A DNA stretch of 63,796 nucleotides, counting the filler, from Saprolegnia diclina VS20 (Eukaryota): NCBI RefSeq assembly GCF_000281045.1. It is 6 parts of 3 records of this genome, joined end to end, with 100 filler letters (N's around TTAATTAATTAA, not from the genome) between each part and the next. Parts side by side here need not be neighbours in the genome. Positions count along the whole stretch, not along the records: positions 1 to 20,349 come from NW_008246116.1; positions 20,450 to 37,507 come from NW_008246116.1; 4 more parts are not named here. One strand, given 5' to 3'. Below, one piece after another: positions 13,541-23,999 of this stretch; the first letter of the stretch is position 1; every line of letters starts with the position of its first letter. The notes beneath the pieces were generated by a model. The model was not told where the DNA came from, did not search any database, and saw nothing but the letters and a program-made list of their open reading frames with translations. Made by a program: the position numbers and the translations under genes.

Positions 13541-14515
13541 TTTAAAAAGGGATTTGTAAACATTTCATCTATTGCCGTGAATTTGTGGCTTCTTGCGGAC
13601 GGTTTGCGAGGGAAGCCGAGTACCTTTCGTACCGCTTTTCGTACTAGGTGCCTTTCCGAGGTTGCAACTGAAAGAGACACGACACACGCGTCGTCTGCAC
13701 CAGCGTGTTGACGGTCTGGCCATGGTTACGTCGTGCTTGCGTGATCTCGTTCGCAGCGGGGCACTAGTATGGCCTTGGGTTCTTCACGCCGGCCATACCA
13801 GCTATTCGACGCGGCTCGATCTCCAAGACTGTCGTGGTGTTCCTGAGACTCATCCTCACAAATGCTCATCTTTGCGTCCATGTCGGTCGGTCGAGAAGCC
13901 AAGGGACGATCAACAACAGTCTGCGCCGGAGAAGCTGCCAGTGGGGTACCATCCAACCCATGAGATTCGACAACTGAGTAATAAATTGTTGATGTTTGCA
14001 GAAGGCTGTTGCTTCCTAGCGTCGCGGCGACCCTTGCGCGCAGCAACTTGGAACGACAACCGGTCAACGGACCGGGATGGGTGGGTCTCTATGTGGCGAA
14101 CTCTCGTCAAGCTTCGTAGGCGTCGCAATAGCAATGCCTACGAAGCAACCCATATCACCTCACTGGTGGTCGTGGCGGTATTGAATTGAATGCATTGCAG
14201 GCTCGTCCTCGTGGAGTCAGTACTGAAGATACAAGGACGCACTTGACGCCCAACAACTGGAGTTTTACGTCCGTCGCTTTCGTTGACAAAACATCCTTAG
14301 TACAACCAAAGACCGGGTGCCCGTATGTTAACCTCAAGGTGTCAAATCTGGGTATCGGCCTGCACGCGCTCTGGACAACGATACGCATATGTAATAGCCA
14401 ATCGGATGCAATGGGCAGTTCAGCAAAATGAGCAGGATAAGAATGAGAATGCATGTCAGTACCCACAAACATTCACCTTGCACCGCATTTGTCGCATGGC
14501 GTTTGTGCCAAGAGG

Positions 14516-15637
14516 ATGAGGGGCGTCGACGACCACAAGCGCCAGCTCAACCGGCTCAAGCAGAAGCGATTCCGGGAGCGGTCGAGCGCCGAGCGGGACG
14601 CGCTTCAAAACGAGGTCTACAAGCTGCGCAACGTCCTGCGAGCGCTGCAGAAACGCCGGACCAAGGTACCGAGGGCGCCAACGACGACGCCACAGCCGCT
14701 CTGTGCCCAGCTCGCGCCCTGGGCCGCCTCGTCGGTAACTTTGCGCACCAATTCGTAATACGGCTCTCACTCAACGTGTAGGCCGAGGGCTGCCACGGCG
14801 TGACGCTCGTCGCTGACGCGGTCGGGCGCAAGGTCGGACTTGACTGGTATAGCCAGCATCTCTTCCACAATACGGACCGCTTGCTGCAGACTTGTGCGTT
14901 TCCGTCCGACGGGAGCGCGGTCGCCGAGCCGATTCGCTTGTGGGAGACCGGCGCGTCGCTCGAGCTGCTCGCATGTCAGCAACACGACTTTGCGCGATCG
15001 CTCGAAGCGACTTACTATGCTCTGCACGACACCATGTGGGCGCACCTCCGCGGCGACACGGTCGCCAACGTCTCTGAATTTCTTGATGTGGAGGTACATT
15101 TTGGCTTTCCTCCATCCACCAAACACACTATTTGTACCACTAGCTGACAAGGGCCATCGATGCCAAGATGGTCTACCGGCGCAATGTGCCGCTGCTCGAC
15201 GAACACATCTGTTATGTGAGCCGCGAATTCCGCGGCGCCAACCGCATTGTGTTTGTCTGTGGCAACTTTGGCCATGACGAAAAGCTCCCGCGCGCGTCGC
15301 GGTGGCGGTCGCGTCTCTTTTGGTATGTGGACACATTGTCATATTCATGGTCGACTGAACTATTGTGTGGTGTAGGTATGTACTCGACCGAGTGTCGGCG
15401 ACGCGCACGCGGCTGCGTGTCGTATGGTACAATGGCCCGCAGCTCGTCGATGGCCGCATCGTGCCGTGGCGAGACGAAGTTGCCGAGGAATACATCCATT
15501 TGATTGGACTTGCCGCCGATCAACAGCTCGAGCATTGCAAGCGCGTGATACAGCCGTTCGCATTATCGCAACTAGACTCGTTTACGACGTCGGTGGTGAC
15601 GGCCGTCCAGTCGACCACCCCTCAAGACGACCCGTAA
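14516..15637 (+). CDS. bZIP-like + START-like(?) protein, copy 6 (shortened exon 1)
   Basis: HKRQLNRLKQKRFRER; RKVGLDWYSQHLFHNT. Introns 14735-14781, 15094-15143, 15323-15375. Lacks the PW..AGL..ESRL coiled segment. Confidence 0.8.
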
Positions 15638-16149
15638 GCGCCTCTTTCATACAACTACGTACAGTAACTGTAGCAGTACGCAAGAGAAATAACTACATTT
15701 TTGTATTTTTCAAAGCGGTCAAAAGCATTCATTGCTTGACGATTGTGCTTTTTTCTCGTCTTCAAATGTCCAGAGCTTGCATTTAACCGAGCGACGGGGT
15801 ATTTTTGGCGCCAAAACCGCAAAACGGCAAATTCATCCGTGGAAATGTTTTTTATTGATGGAATTTCACGTTACGCGCGTCTGCACGCTCAACATGACAC
15901 TTGTGTACACAACGACACCATTCGGACCCATCAAGTCTGCACAACACGACATGAATATGTGAATAGATCAAACGCGGTGCTGCACCAGCCAACATCGAGG
16001 AGGAGGATGTGTGTTGGCGGAATGTTCGTCGCGGGTGCTTTCTGGTAGGGGAGCGGGCCAATCAGGAAACAGATTCGAAAATCAGCCAATCAAACCCAGC
16101 TCCTGTCCCACGCGTGGATCAACTCAGTTAGCAGCCAGCACGTGACGAC

Positions 16150-17318
16150 ATGGAATCGCCCGGTAGCAGCCGCAGCAGCCTCTCGGAGGCAGACCTCGTC
16201 CTCGCCAAGAAGGAGCACCAGCGCCTGCGCAACCGCCTGAAGCAGAAGCGCCACCGCGAGCGCCACATCTCGGAGCGAGAGACGCTCCAGGCGCAGCTCC
16301 TCGAGCTCGGCCAGCTCCTCGCTGCCGTCTCGCGGCGCGGCGACGCCGCCGCCCAAGCCACGCTGCACAAGCTGCGCAGCGAGTACAACGCGACGCGCCA
16401 CGTGGGCGAAGCCATGACGGCGTGGGTCGCGTCCATGTGCACGCGGGTCCTGCCGCTCGCCGGCACGCCCTTTGGGTGGACCAAGACGTCGCTTTTGGCC
16501 GAGCCGGCAGCGCGCAAGCTCGGCCTCGACTGGTTTAGCCAGCACCTCTACCACAACACGGACCGCATGGCTGCGTACGCGCAGTTTCCAAGCGCCGGCG
16601 CGCTCGCCGACAACGTGCTCCTCGATGTTGGCAACGGGCACCTCGACCTCGTCGGGCGTATTCAGGTCGAGTACGACCTTCCGCTGTTCGACACGTATGC
16701 TGCGCTCAAGGCGCCGATCTGGTCCATGATGCAAGGCGACACAAGCGCCTACATGTCTGAGTTTCTCGACACCGAGGTAGACGTTGTCGGCAAACATTGC
16801 CAATGTACATGTTGTCTAACGATGTATTACCGTACTAGCTCACAAGTGCTATCTCGCCCGAGAAGATGCTCTATCGACGTAATGTGCGGAGCGAACGCGA
16901 GACCAACTACTACGTCTGCCGCGAGTTTTGCACCGACGACCGCATCGTCTTTACCTTTGGGAATTTCTTCCACGACCAACGGCTGCATGAAAACATCGAC
17001 TGGCGCCCACGCATGTTTTGGTACCTATCAGATCTGGATCTCAGAATCCGAATGTATACGACTAGGTATGTGCTCGAGCGTGCAAGTCTCACCAAGACGC
17101 GGCTGCGCGTCATGCTCTACAACGCCCCGTACTTGAAAGGTGGAAAGATGGTCTCGTGGCAAGACGAGCTCCTCCACGACTATGGCATCGACTGCAGCGT
17201 CCTCGATCCCGACGTTGCGTTTCGTAAATGCCAGCAACTCACCAACGACGAGTGCGACCCGAAAGTCCTCGAAGACTATGCGGCGCTCCAGATCCAGAAT
17301 GCAAGGGGCGTTGTCTAG
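16150..17318 (+). CDS. bZIP-like + START-like(?) protein, copy 7 (only two introns)
   Basis: EHQRLRNRLKQKRHRER; reads straight through the intron-1 site to RKLGLDWFSQHLYHNT. Introns 16777-16838 and 17021-17065. Confidence 0.85.
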
Positions 17319-17358
17319 TTGTACATTGCGCTTTTTGTTTATATATTCGATCACTCAG

Positions 17359-17392
17359 TCAATCAATCTGTCAATCAATCAATCAATCAATC
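17359..17392. repeat. (TCAA)n microsatellite, imperfect
   Basis: tcaatcaatctgtcaatcaatcaatcaatcaatc. Confidence 0.85.
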
Positions 17393-18701
17393 GGGGTCGC
17401 GTTGAATTAGCAAGCACAAATTCAAATGCCTCCATACGTAGCGCTACGCCTAAACGCGTGGGAGTTGGCGCCAGCACTATGTCGTTGGGAGTGAGCTGCG
17501 CCCCGAGAGGTCCATCCGCCTGGTACACGAGCAGTGCTAGTATTGGCATATGGACCGCTCCCGTCAGGCCATTATTATTGGCGCTCGCCATAAACACCAG
17601 AAATAACCACATTTTGGGTGGGCACTTGGTCGCTGACAAAAGGGATTGCCCGAAGCACACCAACAAATGAAATCGCCCATACTCGCCACAATGTCCGACA
17701 ATGGTGTGGGGAGTACGAAAAGCTGTGTAGCGTCGCCGTTGGAGCTCTATACCGAGTACAATGTACGGCGACAATGTCAACTGGATGACGGAACCAAAAT
17801 ACTGTGCTAGTACCGAGTTTAAACAGTGTCAATGCATTTTCAATTTTGTACGCTTGATTTATATATGACGTTTACGCGGCGCTACGAAGACCGCGCGCCG
17901 TTGTTTTGGGCGGGTGCGATCGAAGAGATGTCGACCGTGCGGACCGACCACCCGACGTCCACCATTATACTACCCTTGCTTGCTGCATCAATGCGCCTTT
18001 GGAGCCCGAGCCGCTCGTCTGGCGAGACTAGTACCTTGTTGGGCACACGGGCATCCGAGACGACGAATCGATCGCCAAAGAACGTCCATGGTGACATAAA
18101 GTTGGCACCAACAGCTTGGTCGCGGTTGAACCATGGCAGATGCGCCATCTCGGTCACGTCCACGTTCGACGTCTGCACTGGGCTGACGAAACGCACAGCG
18201 TCCGGTGGGATCGCAAAGACATGTTGAATCTCGAGCAAGAAAAGGTCGATCCAACGCGTTCCCGGCGCTACTATCGGTGGAACTGAAATCTCAATCTCGC
18301 GTCCAAACGCAAGATGCGCTCGGTCAAAGAGAACGAGAGTGACGAGCGTGTGACTGGCGCCAAGCGTTTCGGGCGACTCTAGCATCTGCACCGCAAGCGC
18401 ACGGTTTTCGCACCTCTTGGGCCAGACCGCGCTCCATCTCTTCTTCAAGTCCCGCAATGACTTCGCCGGTCGCGTCCTCGAGGAGCCTGTACATGAACGA
18501 CTTCATTACGCCGTTGATGAGAATGACCGCGGCCGTGCTGGCTACGGTAATGAGTTCGCTACCTAGGGGTGCGAGGGTAAGCTGTGCGAGATTGACAGCA
18601 GCCAACGTGCACATGATTGGCTGATGAGCCATATTCGGTGCATTTGAGTGCAAAGCATCAGAGTAAAGGCAGTGAGCCATTCTGGACACACTTTGGGTCA
18701 T
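17379..18701 (-). pseudogene. possible degraded gene of unknown function
   Basis: Three successive minus-strand protein-like ORFs (18324-18701, 17882-18457, 17379-17780). A 28-nt GT...CAG segment (18387-18414 approx.) would join the first two in frame. No family recognised. Confidence 0.25.
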
Positions 18702-19519
18702 CGCGGAGAGCGTTGAGCAACTCGGCTAGCGATGGTACCACGGCATGACAAGCCAAGTGCTGGGCGTGCAGTGCGGAATGGTAACTGCCTTGATCGCGAG
18801 CGCTGAGTCCGAAGCCTTATCAGCGAAAGATTCGGCTGGTGAGCCAAAGACAGTACCGAAACGGAAGCGTGCAAGATCAACCGGAGGGTTATAATGGACG
18901 ACTTGTGATCCGAATACAGAGGACGGCGCAGCGACCCTATCGTCCAGTACAAGCAACGAATCCGGTTGCCATCAAGGGTATTGTTAATAACAATACGTGT
19001 AGTATAACAATTTATTATACTACACTATTTGACGCTATCATGGACTCCACAAGTAACGTCAGCCGTAATGCCATCTGTGCTGGGTATTATTGCTTGACGA
19101 GCTTGTGAAGCCCACACCATGTTACTTTCTTCCTTGGGACTCAAACGAGCTCAAACCGACGCCAACTGCATTTTCCTGCAAGTGGTCGTTGCTGTTTACG
19201 CGTCGCCGCTGCAGTCGCATGCCCGCATTGGACACGGATGCTACCAAGCTTCAGCCGGGTGGCGGACAACTTGTATTCTATTGGCGGCGAGCAGCTGCTG
19301 TCATGTGCCAACTCGATCTACCACGGATGTTTCTTTGAACATTCCATTGTCCACGCGGCATTGGCGTTTTAGAGTCGTGGCACCCTCGCCACTGGTTGTG
19401 TCATGTTGCCGTTGCCGCGTCGTAGAATGATGGTTTCAGGACGCGAATGTAGGCGGTCCCAATCGATGCTCTCAGTAACTCAGTTTTGAATTGGCTTGAT
19501 CGCAGCGTCTTTGCAAACA

Positions 19520-20349
19520 ATGCTATCGAGTCCCACCAACAACGATGCTTGTGCATATGCACCGAGCTCGACGCCAAAAGCCGGCGCGCCTCCCATCGCG
19601 AAGACGCCGGCCATGGTGTCTGTCGCCAAGCTCTTTTCGTTTGCCGACACCACCGACAAGGTCCTCGTCACGCTCGGCACCCTGAGCGCGATGACCACGG
19701 GCGTCCTTCAGTGCATTCAGATCGTCTTCTTTGGTGATGCGCTCAACGCCGTGGGCCCCAACCGCCTGAGTGACGATTCCGATACCTTTCGCTCGGGCAT
19801 CCGCCGCGTCGTGATCCAGTTTGCCGCCGTCGCGGCGATTGCGCTTCTGTGCGGCCTCGCGCAGATTGCATGTTTTTCGATTGCGGCGGCGCGCCAGACG
19901 AAGCGCCTTCGCCACGCCTACGCGTCGGCCATCCTTCGCCAAGAAGTCGGTTGGTTCGACGTCAACGACCCCATGCAACTCGCGACGCGGGTCGCGGATA
20001 CGACGCTCATCATCCAAGAAGGTCTTGGGCGCAAGGTCGCGGACGCCATCAACTTTTCCACCATGGGTCTCACGGGCGTCATCATCTCCTTGGTATACGG
20101 CTGGGAGCTCGCGCTCGTCTTGCTGGCCGTCTCGCCGCTTGTCGCTGGCAGCGGCTACTGGATGATCAAGGCGATTACCGCGGCTACCCAAGCCGGCGTC
20201 GACGCGTACGCCGAGGCGGGCGGCATCGCGCAGGAAGCGCTGAGCAACATTCGTACCGTGCACGTCTTCAACGCCATGACGTCGTTCGCGCTCAAGTATA
20301 AGGCAGCGCTGGCAAAGACGGAAACCGCCGGCCTCAAGAAAGGCGTCGC
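19520..20349 (+). CDS. ABCB transporter, near-identical inverted paralogue of 1-2501; truncated by gap
   Basis: [20 protein letters not shown]...AGLKKGV aligns residue for residue with the ORF at 2501. About 45 bp of upstream sequence is also shared (AACTCAGTTTTGAATTGGCT). Confidence 0.92.
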
Positions 20350-20449
20350 NNNNNNNNNNNNNNNNNNNNNNNNNNNNNNNNNNNNNNNNNNNNTTAATTA
20401 ATTAANNNNNNNNNNNNNNNNNNNNNNNNNNNNNNNNNNNNNNNNNNNN
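20350..20449. other. assembly gap with TTAATTAATTAA linker
   Basis: N run with a central 12-mer giving stops in all six frames. The same 100-nt structure occurs at 37508-37607, 53336-53435, 60699-60798 and 62271-62370; 22201-22300 is a plain N100. Confidence 0.97.
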
Positions 20450-20472
20450 AAATGTTATTTCAGCCAGGCTGT

Positions 20473-20543
20473 GCGCTAATGGTGTAGTGGTAACATGTCA
20501 GGTTCCCATTCTGACGCCCCGGGTTCGATTCCCGGTTGGCGCA
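20473..20543 (+). tRNA. tRNA-Gly(CCC)
   Basis: GCGCTAA...TTGGCGC-A acceptor, anticodon loop TTCCCAT, perfect T arm CCGGG-TTCGATT-CCCGG, TTTTT terminator. Confidence 0.93.
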
Positions 20544-20815
20544 GCTTTTTGACGAGGTTGATGGGTTGCGTTTTTTTGATGAAAGGGCAGTGCCCAAAGG
20601 CAATATGAAATAAGAATGAGTTGCACCACCATTGGTATGAGAGCTAGGAACTGGTATTGACAAGGTATCGCCACGAGGTATGACATTGTTGGGCTTTTTT
20701 TCAATCTCAAATGTTTCATCAGGTTTCAGGGGGATGTATCGGCTCATTTTTTGTTGGGATGTTGAATGACTGTGCGAGCCCGTCAAGGCCTGGCGTGAGG
20801 CGGCTCATGGGGCAT

Positions 20816-20884
20816 TTCGTTAAAAACTCGGTTAGACGATCTCACGAACCGTACGTGAGATCGTCTAACCGAGTTTTCAACGAA
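20816..20884. repeat. inverted repeat/hairpin, 31-bp arms, 7-nt loop
   Basis: TTCGTTAAAAACTCGGTTAGACGATCTCACG-aaccgta-CGTGAGATCGTCTAACCGAGTTTTCAACGAA; 30 of 31 pairs. Confidence 0.95.
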
Positions 20885-20958
20885 TACATGTATCAACGAC
20901 TATTTTTGAAGCAGCTTTTGCATCCCACGTAAACCTAACCGTACGTTTTTTCGTTCCC

Positions 20959-21819
20959 ATGTGGTCACCCCAGAAGGCCACGAAAGATGGAGGACATTTC
21001 CCAATTGGCTCGATACAAGACATGCTTTTGGACGGTATCATTGTCCGCGATGGGCCCGCGCCGCTCGCCAAGCTTCATGGCGCACCGTACTTTTTCCTGA
21101 CGATGGTCGTCATGCAATATGCCCACTTTGTGCTGCTTCCGCACTACGGCGTCGCTGGCTTTAGCATGTACATGCTCATCGCTATTCCCATGTTGACGCT
21201 TGATGGCCTCGTCTCCAACAGTTTTGGCAAGAACGTTGTGAATCTCCGCGCCCACGGCTTCTCTGACGCCACGACGGTGGCGACAATGCTGTTCAACACG
21301 GTGGTGTCTCAGTTCTTGACGTTCGTCGTCGTGTACTACATGGGCACGCCTGACGCGCTTGCTGGTCTTCTGCACCCTTCGTCCTACTCGCCTTGGATTG
21401 CCGCTGCGATCGCCATCAACCTTGCGCTCACCGAGGCGCTCTTCTTCGCGGCCCACAAGCTCCTCCACGAAGTGTGGCCGCACGTGCACGTGATGCACCA
21501 CTGCTGCCTGCACTCGTCGCACTCAACCAACGCCATTTTCCACCCGCTGGATTTAGCATTCGAGTTTGGCGGCCCCGGCACCGTCGTTTTCGCGATGCAC
21601 TTTTTCGTTTGGGAGCAGAATCGCACGGTGCTTCTCGCAACGTACCTCATTGTCCAAACGTACTATGCGATCGACCACAGCGAGTGGCTCCAGACGTACC
21701 ACTACAAGCACCACGCACAGATCAACGCGGTGTACACGATTTACGTCAACCATCGGTCGTCCCCGCAGCTTGATCAAGTGCGCAGCCTCGTCAACAAGCC
21801 GCTTAAGAGCATAAACTGA
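20959..21819 (+). CDS. fatty acid hydroxylase/sterol desaturase superfamily membrane di-metal enzyme
   Basis: Intronless 286 aa, several hydrophobic helices, His boxes AHKLLH, HVMHH, DHS, YHYKHH. Confidence 0.85.
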   Translation: MWSPQKATKDGGHFPIGSIQDMLLDGIIVRDGPAPLAKLHGAPYFFLTMVVMQYAHFVLLPHYGVAGFSMYMLIAIPMLTLDGLVSNSFGKNVVNLRAHGFSDATTVATMLFNTVVSQFLTFVVVYYMGTPDALAGLLHPSSYSPWIAAAIAINLALTEALFFAAHKLLHEVWPHVHVMHHCCLHSSHSTNAIFHPLDLAFEFGGPGTVVFAMHFFVWEQNRTVLLATYLIVQTYYAIDHSEWLQTYHYKHHAQINAVYTIYVNHRSSPQLDQVRSLVNKPLKSIN

Positions 21820-22307
21820 CCTCCGTTGAAGTTGACGCGTACGACGTACTAGTCGTTGAACATCTTTCTGATCTGTAGTCAACGGCGTCCAAGTCTACCA
21901 CAAACGCGTCTGGTACCGGTAGTCGGGATGAAATTGGTTGCTTGTACGACCTTTAGCCATCAATTCAAATAATTGCACCCTGTCGGGGCGCTGAAGAACT
22001 TGTTTTGCGTTATCTTCGTGTAACAACGACTCGGGATACTCACGTTAGAATGTTTTGTCTTTGCCACTGGCGACGGCACGGGACATCGCTTGAGCACTCG
22101 CTTGCTCATCGGTAGCTACCTTGGGGCTAGCGGCCATCATGATCACAGTAAAAAATACACATGCTTGGTACAAAAAATAAGTTTCAAATGCGCTGTCCGG
22201 NNNNNNNNNNNNNNNNNNNNNNNNNNNNNNNNNNNNNNNNNNNNNNNNNNNNNNNNNNNNNNNNNNNNNNNNNNNNNNNNNNNNNNNNNNNNNNNNNNNN
22301 AAAAAGC

Positions 22308-22378
22308 TGCGCCAACCGGGAATCGAACCCGGGGCGTCAGAATGGGAACCTGACATGTTACCACTACACCATTAGCGC
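22308..22378 (-). tRNA. tRNA-Gly(CCC), identical copy, probably the same locus assembled twice
   Basis: 22301-22401 is the exact reverse complement of 20450-20550, and both abut gaps. Confidence 0.7.
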
Positions 22379-22994
22379 ACAGCCTGGCTGAAATAACATT
22401 TCTATAGATTAGATATATTTTAATCGCTCCAGGCAATGGCTTCTCGACTTTTATCCGCTCATCAACATACTCTACTCCAAGCATGAGCTCAGACACACCG
22501 ACCACTAGTACCACCTTGCCATAGTAGCACCCCACTCAACGGTCAACCCCTCGCTTCGGTCCCGCCTCTCTCCACATGCATTTTGTCATCGCATTGACGG
22601 ACTCGACCCAAAGTCCACGCTTCTCCCACACTCAAAAACACACGCATCGTGTTTTGTTTTCTTCCGCAACACACCAATAAAACACCATCGTGCTTTATAC
22701 GCGTCCCGTCAATACGACGACAGACTAGTACAGACCAGCAAAGCTCCATCCTGCGCTCCATCCTTCGAAGCCATCGCCAGTCAACGCAGCTTGCGGTGAG
22801 GCGGCAGAGTGCCATCGCATGGCCTTGTCGCGGGACCTATCGCGTCTACCAAAAAGGACCGAGTACCGTCGCTCACGTCATCGTCAAACAAGTTAGGGTA
22901 GCAAACAATACAATGCAGAAGAAGTTGTCAAATGGGATCGGTAGTAGCCGCAGGTACTATTACGAGCATCCGACGAATGGCGCGTCGCATCATC

Positions 22995-23999
22995 TTAGGT
23001 CGCCGCTTGCTGCTGCGCGTCATGGTGGTCGCGAATGACTTGAAAGTACGGGTGGGCCATCGCCTCCTTGGCCGTCAAGCGCTCTTGGTGGTCGTACTTG
23101 AGCAAATTTTCGAGAAAGTCGAGTGCTTCCGGCGTCACGAGGTGCTTGTTGTCGGCCGTGAGAAACTTCTCCCACGGCTTCTTCGAGTGCGTGCCAAGGA
23201 TGCCATCGTACTGCGGGTCGAGCTCGAGGTCGTATGTCGAGAGGTACTCGAAGAGGTCTTCCGTACCGCGGACCTTGGCAATCTTGACGAGCTGGTCGTA
23301 GTTGTCGTTGCCGTGGAAGAACGGGTCCTTCTTGAAGATCATGCCGGCGAGGACGCAGCCGACGCTCCACATGTCGAGCGAGTAGTCGTACTCTTGCATG
23401 TCGACAAGAAGCTCCGGGCCCTTGTAGTAGCGCGACGCGACGCGGACGTTGTACTCGCGGTTCGGGTGGTAAAACTCGGCAAGGCCAAAGTCGATCAAGC
23501 GGAGCTGGCGCTTCTCGTGGTCAATCATTACATTGTGGGGCTTGACGTCGCGGTGCATGATGCCATTCGCATGGCAAAAGTCGAGCGCCTTGAGCAGCTC
23601 AAAGATATAGTAGCGAATGTCAAAGTCCGTCAACGTCGGGTACAGCGTCTTGAAGTCGTGGTTGTTGACGTACTCAAAGACCAGAGACGGCGTCTTGGAC
23701 TGCGGGTCGCGGACGACGTCGAGGAGCTGGACAATGTTGGGACCACCCCTCAGATTCTGCAGAATCTTGATCTCGCGCTTGATCTTCTTCTTCTTGACGG
23801 GCTTGAGGATCTTGATGACGCACGGCTTGTCGTTGGCGACGGCCACGCCCTGGAACACCTCCGAGTACTTGCCGCGGCCGATCTTGCGCGAGACCTCGTA
23901 CCCGTCCTGGTCGCCCCACGTCACCGATAAGTTCTCATAGTCCCAGTACTCGCGCGGCCGCGACTCGCACACGTCAGCGTAGACGCGGGCGCGTGACAT
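22995..23999 (-). CDS. CKA1: casein kinase II catalytic subunit alpha
   Basis: [19 protein letters not shown], basic cluster [40 protein letters not shown]; intronless 334 aa. Confidence 0.97.
   Translation of the reverse strand: MSRARVYADVCESRPREYWDYENLSVTWGDQDGYEVSRKIGRGKYSEVFQGVAVANDKPCVIKILKPVKKKKIKREIKILQNLRGGPNIVQLLDVVRDPQSKTPSLVFEYVNNHDFKTLYPTLTDFDIRYYIFELLKALDFCHANGIMHRDVKPHNVMIDHEKRQLRLIDFGLAEFYHPNREYNVRVASRYYKGPELLVDMQEYDYSLDMWSVGCVLAGMIFKKDPFFHGNDNYDQLVKIAKVRGTEDLFEYLSTYDLELDPQYDGILGTHSKKPWEKFLTADNKHLVTPEALDFLENLLKYDHQERLTAKEAMAHPYFQVIRDHHDAQQQAAT

Noticed and set aside
4304..17318. Periodic conserved ~30-bp motifs (CGCAACCGGCTCAAGCAGAAGCGCCACCGCGA) as a CRISPR-like array
   Set aside because: They are coding motifs of tandem paralogues about 2 kb apart; eukaryotic context, no cas genes.
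20394..20405. TTAATTAATTAA repeated five times, resembling a regular repeat or recombination site
   Set aside because: Always centred in a 100-nt N run; an artificial six-frame-stop scaffolding linker.
22932..23930. Long antisense ORFs over both CK2 genes (also 49396-50433) and over ABCB, protease and E3 genes
   Set aside because: Expected from high GC3 codon bias; no recognisable motifs; conservation only mirrors the sense gene.
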